NCBI RefSeq assembly: GCF_002787055.1
Contig: NZ_CP024808.1
Span: 490,328 to 522,327, forward strand
DNA from: Candidatus Nitrosotenuis aquarius
GTDB lineage: Archaea; Thermoproteota; Nitrososphaeria; Nitrososphaerales; Nitrosopumilaceae
Direction: 5' to 3'
DNA length: 32,000 bases
In this document: positions 16,197-25,200 of the stretch, piece by piece
Numbering within the stretch: the stretch's first letter is position 1
Layout: each line of letters starts with the position of its first letter
Notes under the pieces: model-generated
Told to the model about the DNA's origin: nothing
The model's input: only the letters and a program-made list of their open reading frames with translations
Databases searched by the model: none
Position numbers and translations under genes: made by a program

Positions 16197-17623
16197 GATT
16201 TTGCCAGCTTTTTGATTTTTTCAGATTCTGCACTGATTGATTTTGATATGATTTTCTTTTTTTGTTCCAACTGTTTTAGTTTTGCTGCTTCCTTTTTCTT
16301 TTGTCGCTCTAGTTGGGTTTTTTGAGCTTTTATCTGCCTCTCAATTGCGGCCTTTTCCTTTTTGATTAATCGTAGCTCTGTCTGCGCTGTTTTGACCTGA
16401 TTTTCCAGTGCTGCTCGGTCCTGCAGGATTTTATCTAGTAGCTCTTGGTCGGATTTTATCTGGGAAACAGACGGTGCCGCAGACAGTACCTTGTTTTTTT
16501 GGTCCAGTATTTGCTTTGCAATTTCTGATTGTTTTTGTTTGGATTCAGACAGAAATTTCTCATAGCTGGAGATTGTTTTGAGCAGCTTTGCCTGTGTTGC
16601 AATCTTTGCCTTTTCCTGCTTTACCTGTTCTTCAAGCTGGCGCTCTTGAGATTTTGCCTCTATGGTGATTTTTTGGTTTTCTGCACGTATTAATTCCAGT
16701 TGCTGTCTTTCCTCTTGGATTTTTTTGGCAACTTGCGCCTGTTCTGCTAGGTGCGCCCGCTCGACTTGTGCCTGGGATGCAATCTCGGCCTGCTCTTTTT
16801 GTAGTTGTAGCATGATAGAATCACGCTCTGATCTTGCTTGTTCTAGTTCTGCCTCCTGTGATTTTATCTGCTCTATTAGCTTGTTTTGTTCCAAGATTTT
16901 GTTGCGCTCCTGAGATATCTGCTTTTGGAGTTGTTCTTTTTCTATTTTGACCTGATTTTCAAATTCCTTTCTATCTAGAATAATCTGGGTAAGCTTTGAT
17001 TGCTCTATTCTGATTTTTTCTGCCTCTGTCTTTTCGTGTCCCAGTCTTTGTTGTTCTGTTGCAAGCTGTTTTTGGATCTGATCAAGGCTTTGCCCCTGTC
17101 CCTCCCATCCTTTTGGTAGAGTTACATGCTGGCGGTGCTCAGATTGGAGATGACTAATTTTTTGTGTTATGATGGATTCTAGGTTTGCTATCTTTTGGTT
17201 TGCCCATGATACCTGGGACTTTAATGATTCAATGGTTTTGTCTGATTCCTGCTTTTCCGTTATAATTTTAGTGTAATCTATTTTTTGGCCAAGCTTTGAT
17301 TCTAAATATTGCTGGTCTGATTTGTATAGGGTTTTTCCTTGCTTTAGAAATTCCAGTATAAACTGCAGGCGCCCCGTGTCTCCGGCTCCGGATGAGATCA
17401 GTTTTTGGATTTTGACTAGGATGCTTTCTTCTACTTTGAGCTGTTCTTGCAAGCCTATTTCCTGCGAGAATTTCTCATTGAGATATTTTTGATCAGATTG
17501 GTACAGTTGCCTGCCCTCGGTTAGAACTGTCAGAATGTGTTGTAGTCTGCCTGGGTCCCCTTTGCCAGAAGCCATCATCTTTTCTACAAATGCCCTAGTT
17601 TCCTGGCGAGTCAGATTTGCCAT
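16193..17623 (-). CDS. long coiled-coil protein with a duplicated N-terminal 35-aa motif
   Basis: 476 aa. Residues ~18-52 and ~77-111 repeat SG(K/A)GD.GRLQ.IL..L..G..LY.SDQ.YL..K. The remaining ~330 aa are Q/E/K-rich heptad-like sequence. There is no TM segment and no signal peptide. Confidence 0.8.
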   Translation of the reverse strand: MANLTRQETRAFVEKMMASGKGDPGRLQHILTVLTEGRQLYQSDQKYLNEKFSQEIGLQEQLKVEESILVKIQKLISSGAGDTGRLQFILEFLKQGKTLYKSDQQYLESKLGQKIDYTKIITEKQESDKTIESLKSQVSWANQKIANLESIITQKISHLQSEHRQHVTLPKGWEGQGQSLDQIQKQLATEQQRLGHEKTEAEKIRIEQSKLTQIILDRKEFENQVKIEKEQLQKQISQERNKILEQNKLIEQIKSQEAELEQARSERDSIMLQLQKEQAEIASQAQVERAHLAEQAQVAKKIQEERQQLELIRAENQKITIEAKSQERQLEEQVKQEKAKIATQAKLLKTISSYEKFLSESKQKQSEIAKQILDQKNKVLSAAPSVSQIKSDQELLDKILQDRAALENQVKTAQTELRLIKKEKAAIERQIKAQKTQLERQKKKEAAKLKQLEQKKKIISKSISAESEKIKKLAKS

Positions 17624-17690
17624 GCCGAGTTCCTGTGTTCTATGTAGGACGGGTATTTTAAGACCTCAGAGATTTACTAAATTTAACAAC

Positions 17691-18179
17691 TCAGGCCGCG
17701 CCAAGACTAGCCTTGTACATTATCTTCCAGTCCTTGACACATTTGGAGGATCTGATTATTACTATGCCTCCAAAGGAAAATGATTTTTTTATTTTCAGGG
17801 AATTTTTGATTTTTCTCTTGGTAGAATAATCCATATTTTTGTAAATCAGGCTAATATGCGGTACAAAATCATATTTTGTGCCCAATACAGCATGCAGTGT
17901 TTTGTGGATTTTGCCTAGATTTTTGTCCTTTTTTATTTTGACAAATATTGTCTTCCAGAGATAGTTGGACTGACCAATGCCTGTTTTGCATACTTTAATT
18001 TTACAAGAGTCCAGGTTTTGCACTGCGGCCTTTGCTTTTCTCAGTGATGTAATACCACTATACACAGTAATGTGGGCTGAGAATTTTGGCGCGCCGTATT
18101 TTTTTGCCAGATCGTTAACTATTTTGTTTAGGTATTTTTTGTCCCCGTATGATGGAACAAGCCATATGGAATAAGTCAT
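17691..18179 (-). CDS. 2H phosphoesterase superfamily protein (LigT/cyclic phosphodiesterase-like)
   Basis: 162 aa with two H-x-(T/S)-x motifs in the expected context: FSAHITVYSG and FVPHISLIYK. The ATG overlaps the stop of the upstream cupin gene (ATGA at 18176-18179). Confidence 0.72.
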   Translation of the reverse strand: MTYSIWLVPSYGDKKYLNKIVNDLAKKYGAPKFSAHITVYSGITSLRKAKAAVQNLDSCKIKVCKTGIGQSNYLWKTIFVKIKKDKNLGKIHKTLHAVLGTKYDFVPHISLIYKNMDYSTKRKIKNSLKIKKSFSFGGIVIIRSSKCVKDWKIMYKASLGAA

Positions 18180-18541
18180 GACATTTTTTGCATTACAATA
18201 TTTCTATATGGGGCATATTCCACTGCTGAATAGTCCTTTGAGAACTCTTCTGCAAAGACGGTGTCTTCTTTTGCAATCAACAGGTGCGCCGCCATCGGCG
18301 GTACAATAATTACTGCAGGGCTCGGTATTGTCTGGATTTTTTCCTGGTTTGTGTTGATGTCTTTTTCATAGTATTCTATTATACCTGATATCAGGTGATG
18401 TCTTGTCTCAAATGTGTGATAGTGCCCACCTCGTGCAAATCCTTTTTTGATTTGCACTAGGTTGATGCTCCTGTCGCCATATTTTAGAAAAATTATGGTC
18501 CCCCGAGCGTCGGTTACCTGTTTTTCGTATTCTAGTTCCAT
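18176..18541 (-). CDS. cupin-fold protein (WxcM/FdtA-like small sugar-isomerase-type cupin)
   Basis: 121 aa. DARGTIIFLKY.....NLVQIKKGFARGGHYH..ETRHHLISG matches the D.RG...f...f..kR.f.i......RG.H.H pattern of this cupin group. Confidence 0.62.
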   Translation of the reverse strand: MELEYEKQVTDARGTIIFLKYGDRSINLVQIKKGFARGGHYHTFETRHHLISGIIEYYEKDINTNQEKIQTIPSPAVIIVPPMAAHLLIAKEDTVFAEEFSKDYSAVEYAPYRNIVMQKMS

Positions 18542-18550
18542 GGAATCATC

Positions 18551-18937
18551 CTAGGCTGCAGAACCCACGTTTATCTTCAATGACAGAGTTGGCGATAGTG
18601 CAGATGGGTTATCAATACTTTCCCATACAAAGATTGTCGCCTCATAGTCTCCCGCCTCACTTGGAGTCCATGAAAGTGACGGTGAAAATGATTGGGCCGC
18701 AGATAGCACTCCCGTAATCCAGGCAAGCGACACGGTTACGCCGTTTTCATCCTGGACTTGGACAATGTATGCAAACTCTTGCTCAAAGTCCTGGTTGTTT
18801 TTTAGATCGGCTGCGATTTGGACCTGCTTGCCGACTTCTACGGTCTCTGTTTGTGGGCCTGCACCTAGATTTACCTGTGCAAACGCCATTCCAAAAACGC
18901 TAAACAATACAAGGCCAATCAGTGCAAATCTGTACAA
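18551..18937 (-). CDS. small secreted beta-sandwich-like protein
   Basis: 128 aa with signal peptide MYRFALIGLVLFSVFGMAFA|Q. The mature part has a CARDB/Ig-like alternating pattern (VEVGKQVQIAADLKNN...FAYIVQV...WTPSEAGDYEATIFVW). Confidence 0.68.
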   Translation of the reverse strand: MYRFALIGLVLFSVFGMAFAQVNLGAGPQTETVEVGKQVQIAADLKNNQDFEQEFAYIVQVQDENGVTVSLAWITGVLSAAQSFSPSLSWTPSEAGDYEATIFVWESIDNPSALSPTLSLKINVGSAA

Positions 18938-18968
18938 TATTACAAATTCTTCCAGTCTTGTTGATAAA

Positions 18969-19070
18969 CTAATCCTCTTCAGACTGGATCATGTGGTCTA
19001 CGGCGCAATCAGTGGAGCAATAGTTAGATGCCCTGTTTTTGAACTCGGTGCCGCAGTTCTTGCACTTCAT
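18969..19070 (-). CDS. possible 33-aa TRASH/zinc-ribbon-like micro-protein
   Basis: MKCKNCGTEFKNRASNYCSTDCAVDHMIQSEED has the spacing C-x2-C-x11-C-x3-C. AATTTTATC lies about 30 nt upstream of this ATG. The 65-aa longest ORF (to 19166) adds a non-native-looking N-terminus and would overlap the next small ORF. Confidence 0.4.
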   Translation of the reverse strand: MKCKNCGTEFKNRASNYCSTDCAVDHMIQSEED

Positions 19071-19162
19071 GTTTTGCAAATGTATACGAGGGTGTGATAA
19101 AATTAACCATAAAATACCAAGATTGGAAACGCCGTGAGCATAGTATGAATCTGGGATGAGGA

Positions 19163-19324
19163 TCAAGTCGCTTCGGCAAGTATTGACTTGAGATAGTTTA
19201 TTTCATCGATGATAGTGTCGCGTAGTTTTTCTAATTCTAATATTCTGTCGTAAAATGACTTGTATGCCGGATTTTGTGCATCAAACCAATACGGTGGTAA
19301 TACAATTACTGAGCTTTGTTCCAT
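19163..19324 (-). CDS. possible 53-aa helical protein (below the ORF-track cutoff)
   Basis: My own translation is MEQSSVIVLPPYWFDAQNPAYKSFYDRILELEKLRDTIIDEINYLKSILAEAT. CTTTTATGTAATTTTT lies about 25-35 nt upstream. Confidence 0.35.
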   Translation of the reverse strand: MEQSSVIVLPPYWFDAQNPAYKSFYDRILELEKLRDTIIDEINYLKSILAEAT

Positions 19325-19371
19325 GTATTGCATATCCAAAAATTACATAAAAGACTCACTAATGATTTATC

Positions 19372-19424
19372 AGTAGATGGGCTGGCAATGGCTTGCCAGA
19401 GTCCGGCATTAATCCCCATCTACT
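19372..19424. other. nested stem-loop (10-bp outer stem enclosing a perfect 7-bp hairpin) in the msrA 3' intergenic region
   Basis: AGTAGATGGG (19372-19381) pairs with CCCATCTACT (19415-19424). Inside it, CTGGCAA-tggc-TTGCCAG (19382-19399) is followed by 15 unpaired nt. The element lies 44 nt downstream of the msrA stop. Confidence 0.35.
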
Positions 19425-19467
19425 AGTATAGCAATAGTAAATTTTGTATTAAAGGTGGGCGTAGAAA

Positions 19468-19950
19468 TCATCTAGAGATTCCGCATTTTACATAATACTT
19501 CTGGTGGTACTCTTCTGCCCGGTAAAATTCCGGCGCCGGCTGAATCTGCGTGACTATTTTTTTGCCAAACTTGCCTGACGCATCTAGCCTTTCTTTGGAT
19601 TCTTTGGCTGTTTTTTCCTGGTCCAAATCATGATAAAATATCACAGAGCGATACTGCGTGCCAATGTCAGGCCCCTGCCTGTTCAGCTGCGTAGGATCGT
19701 GAGAGCCCCAAAACACATCAAGTAGTTTTTCATACGATATGACATTTGGATCAAACTCTACCTGTACCAGCTCTGCATGACCAGTCTCATCTGTGCAGAC
19801 CTGCTCATATGTCGGATTTTTTGTGTGTCCTCCACCATACCCTACCGCGGTGGACTTGACTCCTGGAGTGGTCCTAAAGATGTCTTCGACGCACCAAAAA
19901 CAGCCTGCGCCAAATGTTGCCTTCATGGCTTTGATTATACCATACCGCAA
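19468..19950 (-). CDS. msrA: peptide-methionine (S)-S-oxide reductase MsrA
   Basis: [32 protein letters not shown]...[13 protein letters not shown] and [11 protein letters not shown] are canonical MsrA motifs. The start is M1 (19950) or M9 (19926). Confidence 0.93.
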   Translation of the reverse strand: MRYGIIKAMKATFGAGCFWCVEDIFRTTPGVKSTAVGYGGGHTKNPTYEQVCTDETGHAELVQVEFDPNVISYEKLLDVFWGSHDPTQLNRQGPDIGTQYRSVIFYHDLDQEKTAKESKERLDASGKFGKKIVTQIQPAPEFYRAEEYHQKYYVKCGISR

Positions 19951-19968
19951 TTAAAACGATATTCCAAA

Positions 19969-20748
19969 TTATTTTTCATACAGCCAGACCTGTATTTTGG
20001 TCAGGGGAAGACTCAGATTGTCTGGAATTGCAATGAGCAGGCCAGAGTTTTTGCCAACATTGTTGCACGTGCCGGAAAACCTCTCATAGTTTTTGCCAAA
20101 GCATGTGCCGTCGGCATAATGAGTGAACTTGCCGTTGTTTGCATCATAGTTTGCTTGTTGCTCTATTGAATCTACGAAATAGACGTCAAAGCCGACCGCA
20201 TTGTCGTTGATCTTTACGGTATAATCAAACGAGGCGCCGTCCTGTGACGTGCAAATAGGAATGAATTGTGAATAGCCTGACTTTAGCTGGTCTTGCTGTT
20301 GGGCATAGTCCTGCTTGCTTGGTTCAAGTGTGTACAGTGTTATGTTTGGGTCTGGGCTTTGCTGTAGGCCGGTAGCATACTCGATATAGTGTCGCAGTGT
20401 ATCTGCGCCAAACCTTGCATAGTGTGGCTCCCAAGAGTCACGGCAGTTCGTGTTGCTGTTTTGGACCAAAATGTACGGCTTGTCATGGACGTACCTGATT
20501 TCATCAACATTGTTTTGTTTTGATATCTCCAGCCTTTCTTGCGCACTAAGCTGTGTTGCGTCTTGCTTTGACCAGACATTTGTTATCTCGTATACGATAT
20601 TTCCCGGATAGCTTTTCCATCCAGGCTCTAAATGCACGTAAATTGACTGCTTGTTGATTGATTGTTGCTGCAGTACAAATGCAGAGACGATATAATATGA
20701 TACTATAATTGCAATTATTGCCAATACAGCATAGTATCGCTTGCGCAT
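19969..20748 (-). CDS. membrane-anchored extracytoplasmic protein, unknown function
   Basis: 259 aa with an N-terminal signal-anchor (MRKRYYAVLAIIAIIVSYYIVSAFVL). The ectodomain has 5 Cys and is rich in Q, N and Y. No motif recognised. Confidence 0.7.
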   Translation of the reverse strand: MRKRYYAVLAIIAIIVSYYIVSAFVLQQQSINKQSIYVHLEPGWKSYPGNIVYEITNVWSKQDATQLSAQERLEISKQNNVDEIRYVHDKPYILVQNSNTNCRDSWEPHYARFGADTLRHYIEYATGLQQSPDPNITLYTLEPSKQDYAQQQDQLKSGYSQFIPICTSQDGASFDYTVKINDNAVGFDVYFVDSIEQQANYDANNGKFTHYADGTCFGKNYERFSGTCNNVGKNSGLLIAIPDNLSLPLTKIQVWLYEK

Positions 20749-20773
20749 GTTTTGGGTGGTTTTATGGGGGTTT

Positions 20774-20926
20774 TTATTTTGTGTCCAGATCGTTTCCCGT
20801 TTCGTGATAGTACCTGTGTTTTAGCTGCTCTAGCCGAAGTTGTATCCTGTGGTCATATGACTTTGCTTGCTTTGTCCTGAGTAGTTGGTATTCCTGCACT
20901 AGTTTTTTGAGCTCGAATGGTTTCAT
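20774..20926 (-). CDS. 50-aa basic helical protein translationally coupled to the metzincin gene (below the ORF-track cutoff)
   Basis: My own translation is MKPFELKKLVQEYQLLRTKQAKSYDHRIQLRLEQLKHRYYHETGNDLDTK. Its ATG overlaps the metzincin TGA (ATGA at 20923-20926). Confidence 0.45.
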   Translation of the reverse strand: MKPFELKKLVQEYQLLRTKQAKSYDHRIQLRLEQLKHRYYHETGNDLDTK

Positions 20927-21804
20927 TTGGAGATTTCAAGGCTGTTTGCCTTTTTGAGTGATTTTTTTATTTCTATGATTTTAGAGTCTATCTTTTTTGC
21001 CCTGTCCAGCGACGACTTGTATTTTTGGTATGATTCCAAGTATTTTGATTCGTAGAACAAGCCATCTGCCTGAGATTGTAATAGTTCGGCGTCACTTTGG
21101 AATTTTTTTGCGGCAAAGAGATGTTCTTCTGCCTTTTTCATCTCTGCCTGGGATGCCTTGTTTGTGGCCCAAGTAGAATTGACAAACGGCGCTATTGCCG
21201 ATATAGAGTTTTTTGTAGAATACAGCTTTTTGTCCGAGCTTGTCTGGAGTGTGGTTGCCTTTGCTTTCCAGTCTACTTGCTTTGCCAGAGTTGTTGCCTT
21301 GAGAGGCGTCCTAGAGGCAAGCCATGACTCGTAATTTTCAATTTGTGGATACATAATGTCAGTTGGGTCTGTGCTGTGTTGCAATCCAATTGCATGTCCT
21401 AGCTCGTGCTTGGTTATTTCCAAGGCATACTCAGGCGATACTAGGTTCCATTTTTTGTCCTTGAAATAGCCAAGAGTAATTGTCAGCCGTGGTTTTCCGT
21501 ATTCGTTTAGCGTGTTGCTGCTATAGTAGCCCAGCTTGCCGGAATCATACTGGCTTGCCCACTCTAGGACAAAGTCTGCCTGGTCCTGGTATGGTACTTT
21601 TTCAATTACAAGACCCGGATTTTTTTGCTGCCAGAACTGGATTGCCTTGTCTAGGATGTCTCCAAACGACTTTTGCCAGTGAGGAGGCATTTTCTGCACA
21701 TACATTTTGTATGTTTGGGCATCCGCCATACCGACAAAAATCCACGACAGTGCAAATACTGCAATTAATCCGTAGACTAGCTTCACTAGCATATTATGAT
21801 ACAA
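20923..21804 (-). CDS. secreted matrixin-like zinc metalloprotease (metzincin, M10-like) with a helical C-terminal extension
   Basis: 293 aa. The signal peptide ends in ..GMADA|Q. HELGHAIGLQHSTDPTDIMYP provides the HExxHxxGxxH zinc site followed by the Met-turn (MYP), nearly identical to the MMP consensus. There is no cysteine-switch propeptide. The ~110-aa C-terminal region is K/E/S-rich and helical. Confidence 0.85.
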   Translation of the reverse strand: MYHNMLVKLVYGLIAVFALSWIFVGMADAQTYKMYVQKMPPHWQKSFGDILDKAIQFWQQKNPGLVIEKVPYQDQADFVLEWASQYDSGKLGYYSSNTLNEYGKPRLTITLGYFKDKKWNLVSPEYALEITKHELGHAIGLQHSTDPTDIMYPQIENYESWLASRTPLKATTLAKQVDWKAKATTLQTSSDKKLYSTKNSISAIAPFVNSTWATNKASQAEMKKAEEHLFAAKKFQSDAELLQSQADGLFYESKYLESYQKYKSSLDRAKKIDSKIIEIKKSLKKANSLEISK

Positions 21805-21827
21805 GTCCCAAATAAAATAGTGCTGTG

Positions 21828-22223
21828 TTATTTTGCAGGCTCACGAAACGACTGGTTTGAAAAGCTCACAGATATTGTATCCGGATTGTTTGCCGCAATG
21901 AAAAATTCTCCAGACTTGCAGGTCTTGGGCATTATTAGGCCCCACATTGTGACTTGGACTACGTCTCGGTCTGATCTTAGTTCCAGATCAGGCGAATAGA
22001 GTTTTTCTGCGCCGGCGCAGACTTGGACTCCAACTATATGCCAGATGTGCAGTGTTCTGGGTTTTGATATGCTGATTATTTTTGCAGATTTTGCATCTAG
22101 TGGTGCATTGAGATCCTTGATGTCTTTTTTTATTTGGGTTTTTACTGGCTTTGCCTCTACAAATTGTATGGAAAACACGGCAAGTACTAGTAATATTGTC
22201 AGGGTGATTCCGCTTGCCTTCAT
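21828..22223 (-). CDS. small secreted protein, unknown function
   Basis: 131 aa with signal peptide MKASGITLTILLVLAVFSIQFVEA|K and 2 Cys. It lies 26 nt downstream of the FN3 gene and 23 nt upstream of the metzincin. Confidence 0.62.
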   Translation of the reverse strand: MKASGITLTILLVLAVFSIQFVEAKPVKTQIKKDIKDLNAPLDAKSAKIISISKPRTLHIWHIVGVQVCAGAEKLYSPDLELRSDRDVVQVTMWGLIMPKTCKSGEFFIAANNPDTISVSFSNQSFREPAK

Positions 22224-22249
22224 GTTGGATTAGTATGACAAAATATGAT

Positions 22250-25200
22250 TTAAGATTTTTTGGAAAACCCAGACTTGATTTTGTTTCTAATTATAATAAT
22301 TGCAAGGGTGGGCATCACTAGGTAGATTCCGGCATTGAGCAGAATTATTCCAATTCCATAGCCGAGCAGCTCTGATTCTGAATCTATATCGGCATGGCTT
22401 AGAATTGACAGAGTGGAAAGCATCGGGGCGATTGTTGTCTTTACAATTTCCCTGAAAATAGGACTCTGCCTTTCCAAGTCTGCTATGCCAGGACTAAATG
22501 AATAATAGAATTCATTGAATCCGGCCATGAAAGCTGTGCCTGAGTTTGTGCTAAACAAGACGTTGTCTCTGATTTCTCTTAATGTCTGGACCTGTGGTGC
22601 AAGCTCTGTTCCATGGGCAGCAGTTGCAATGAGACATCCGCCTCCAAACGGTCCAGAGTCCTCATCTGGGATGCAAACTCCTTTTTCCAGATGTGTTCCC
22701 TCTCCACACACCATGACAGGTGGCTCAGGTTCTGGCAGTCCAACTACTTCATAGATTGTCTTTCCAGGAAAGTTCCTATCAAACCAGGCCTTGTATGCGG
22801 CCTCTGAGTTGTATCTATCAACATATGACTGAGGGTCTTTGGTAGGATCTGGAAATCCCGGAATGTGCGTTTGTGGCCCTTGATCTATTGGCTCTGGGTC
22901 GACTATTGGTTCTGGCTCTGGCGCAACAATGCAGCTTTGCGTATTTTCATCAAATATTGTTCCAGCACCACATTGTGTTGGTTCCGGCTTTGGTTCGGGC
23001 TTTGGCTGCTCGGCAGTCTGCAGTGTTACAACATTTGATGCAACACTTGCCCCAGCTGGATTTAGTGCATATACGCGATACGAGTATGTGTTTGCCAATA
23101 ACCCAGTATGAGAATATGTGGTGCTCGTAGTCTTGGCAGTCAATGTGCGGTATTGGTCAGAGCCGATCTTGTACTCTATTGTATAGCCAGTAATTGATGC
23201 ACCACCTGTATTAGTGGGTGTTGTCCAGTATAGGTTGATCTGGTTTGGAGAGGCCAAATTTGCAGAAAGTGTTGGTGGTGATGGAGGCTTGGAAGTAACA
23301 GGGGTTGCAGGTGGTACAGTATCCAGTGTTGCAGTAGCCGATGCCTCTGATGACGCAAGACTTGTTCCAGATGATGTTATAGTGTAAATTCTATAGACGT
23401 GTGTTACGCCGGTTGTAACTCCAGCATGAGAATACTTTGTGGTGGCATTTTGAGTAGAGGTCAACGTTTCGAATTGTCCTGGGCCCTTTTTGACTTCGAT
23501 TTTGTATCCCACTATACCATTCGATGTTGGTGCCTTCCAGGTAAGGTCTATCCTAGTTGGTGAATATGGAGTGGCAACAATGTTTGTTGGCGGATTTACT
23601 GTACTTGAGGTCGTGCTTTGTGATGGTGGAATGGCATTGGATGTTGATAGTGGTGTTGCGGTGGCGTCTGCAGATCTTGGACTAGCGCCAAGTGTGAAAT
23701 GGGCAGAGACTACATACGTGTAGGTCTGACCGGTTGTCAACCCAGATATTGTGTAGCTGGTGGCAGTTCCTGCATTTTCTTGCAGCACCACATAGCTGTC
23801 TTGGCCTACCTTTTGCTCTATTTTGTATCCGGTAATGGACTGCTTGTAGGTCTGCGATGGTGGGACCCATGTCAGCGTAATTGCAGTTGGAGAAACGGCG
23901 GTTGCAGTAACTGTAGGTGTTGTTGTTTCCTTGGGTGTCGCAGAGGTTTCGCTTTGCGTTCCTGTACCTACCGAGTTTACGGCAGATACTCTGTAATAGT
24001 ATGTGGTGCCTGTTGTCAGGCCAGTATGCGAAAATGATGTTGTGGTGTTCTGCGAGTTTGAGACCAGTGTTTCAAAAGAGCCGCTTCCTTTCTTTGCCTC
24101 TATTTTGTAACCAATAACTGGCGAGCCGCCATTATTTGATGGTGCGCCCCATGACAAATTTACTTGGGTTGGAGATGCTGCGGTTGCAACAAGCGAGGTC
24201 ACAGAGCCCGGCACGCTTGCAGACTGGGACGACCCAGTTGGGGTGGCAGATGTCTCTGAGGATGGCGAACTAGTTCCTATTTGATTTATTGCAGACACTC
24301 GGTACACATATGTGGTGCCAGAACTCAGGCCGGTGTGCGAGTAGCTGGTGGATGCGGTGCCGGTGTTTGCAACCAGATTAGAAAACGCTCCCGAGCCGGA
24401 CTTGTATTCTATTTTGTAGCCGGTAATCGCATATCCACCGTTGTTGGATGGTGCCGACCAAGAAAGGTTTACCTGGGTTGCCGAGCTTGCAGTGGCAACC
24501 AATCCTGTCGGGGCACTTGGAACACTAGAGCTTGACGACGATGTAGGAGTTGTGGATGTCTCGGATGATGCGGAACTAGTGCCAATGGAGTTGATTGCAG
24601 ATACGCGATATGTGTATGTGGTGCCTGTTGTCAGGCCAGTATGGGAATAAGTTGTGGCGGTGTTGCCGGTGTTTGATACCAGATTAGAATAGCTGCCAGA
24701 GCCGGACTTTACTTCAATTTTGTAGCCTGTGATTGGCGAGCCGCCATTATTTGAGGGTGCTGTCCAAGACAGATTCACTTGGGTTGGAGAAACTGCAGTT
24801 GCTCCAAGACCTGTTGGAGAGCCAGGGGCAGTAAGTGCAGATGATGATGTTGGTTGGACTACAACCTCGTTTGATGGTTGGGCACTGGTGCCAAACGCAG
24901 TAACAGTGTAAACGCGGTATAGGTAAACTTGGTTTGTGGTAAGGCCTGTGTGAGAATATGTCGGATTGGTGTTTTGCGTGTTATCCACTAGTGTGGTGTA
25001 GCTGCCCGAGCCGATTCGGTATTCAATTTTGTATCCAGTAATTGGGTATCCTCCAGAGTTTGCAGGTGCAGACCATGACAAATTTGCCTGAGTAGGGGAC
25101 GCTGCAACTCCTACCAGATTTGTCGGGGCGCCAGGCAATGTTCCAGTTGATGATGAGGACGGAGTGGCAGACACTTCAGATGATGGATTGCTGGTGCCAA

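Noticed and set aside
19372-19424. tRNA or tRNA fragment
   Set aside because: There is only one long stem and one internal hairpin. There is no cloverleaf, no T-loop GTTCRANYC and no D-loop, and the length is too short.
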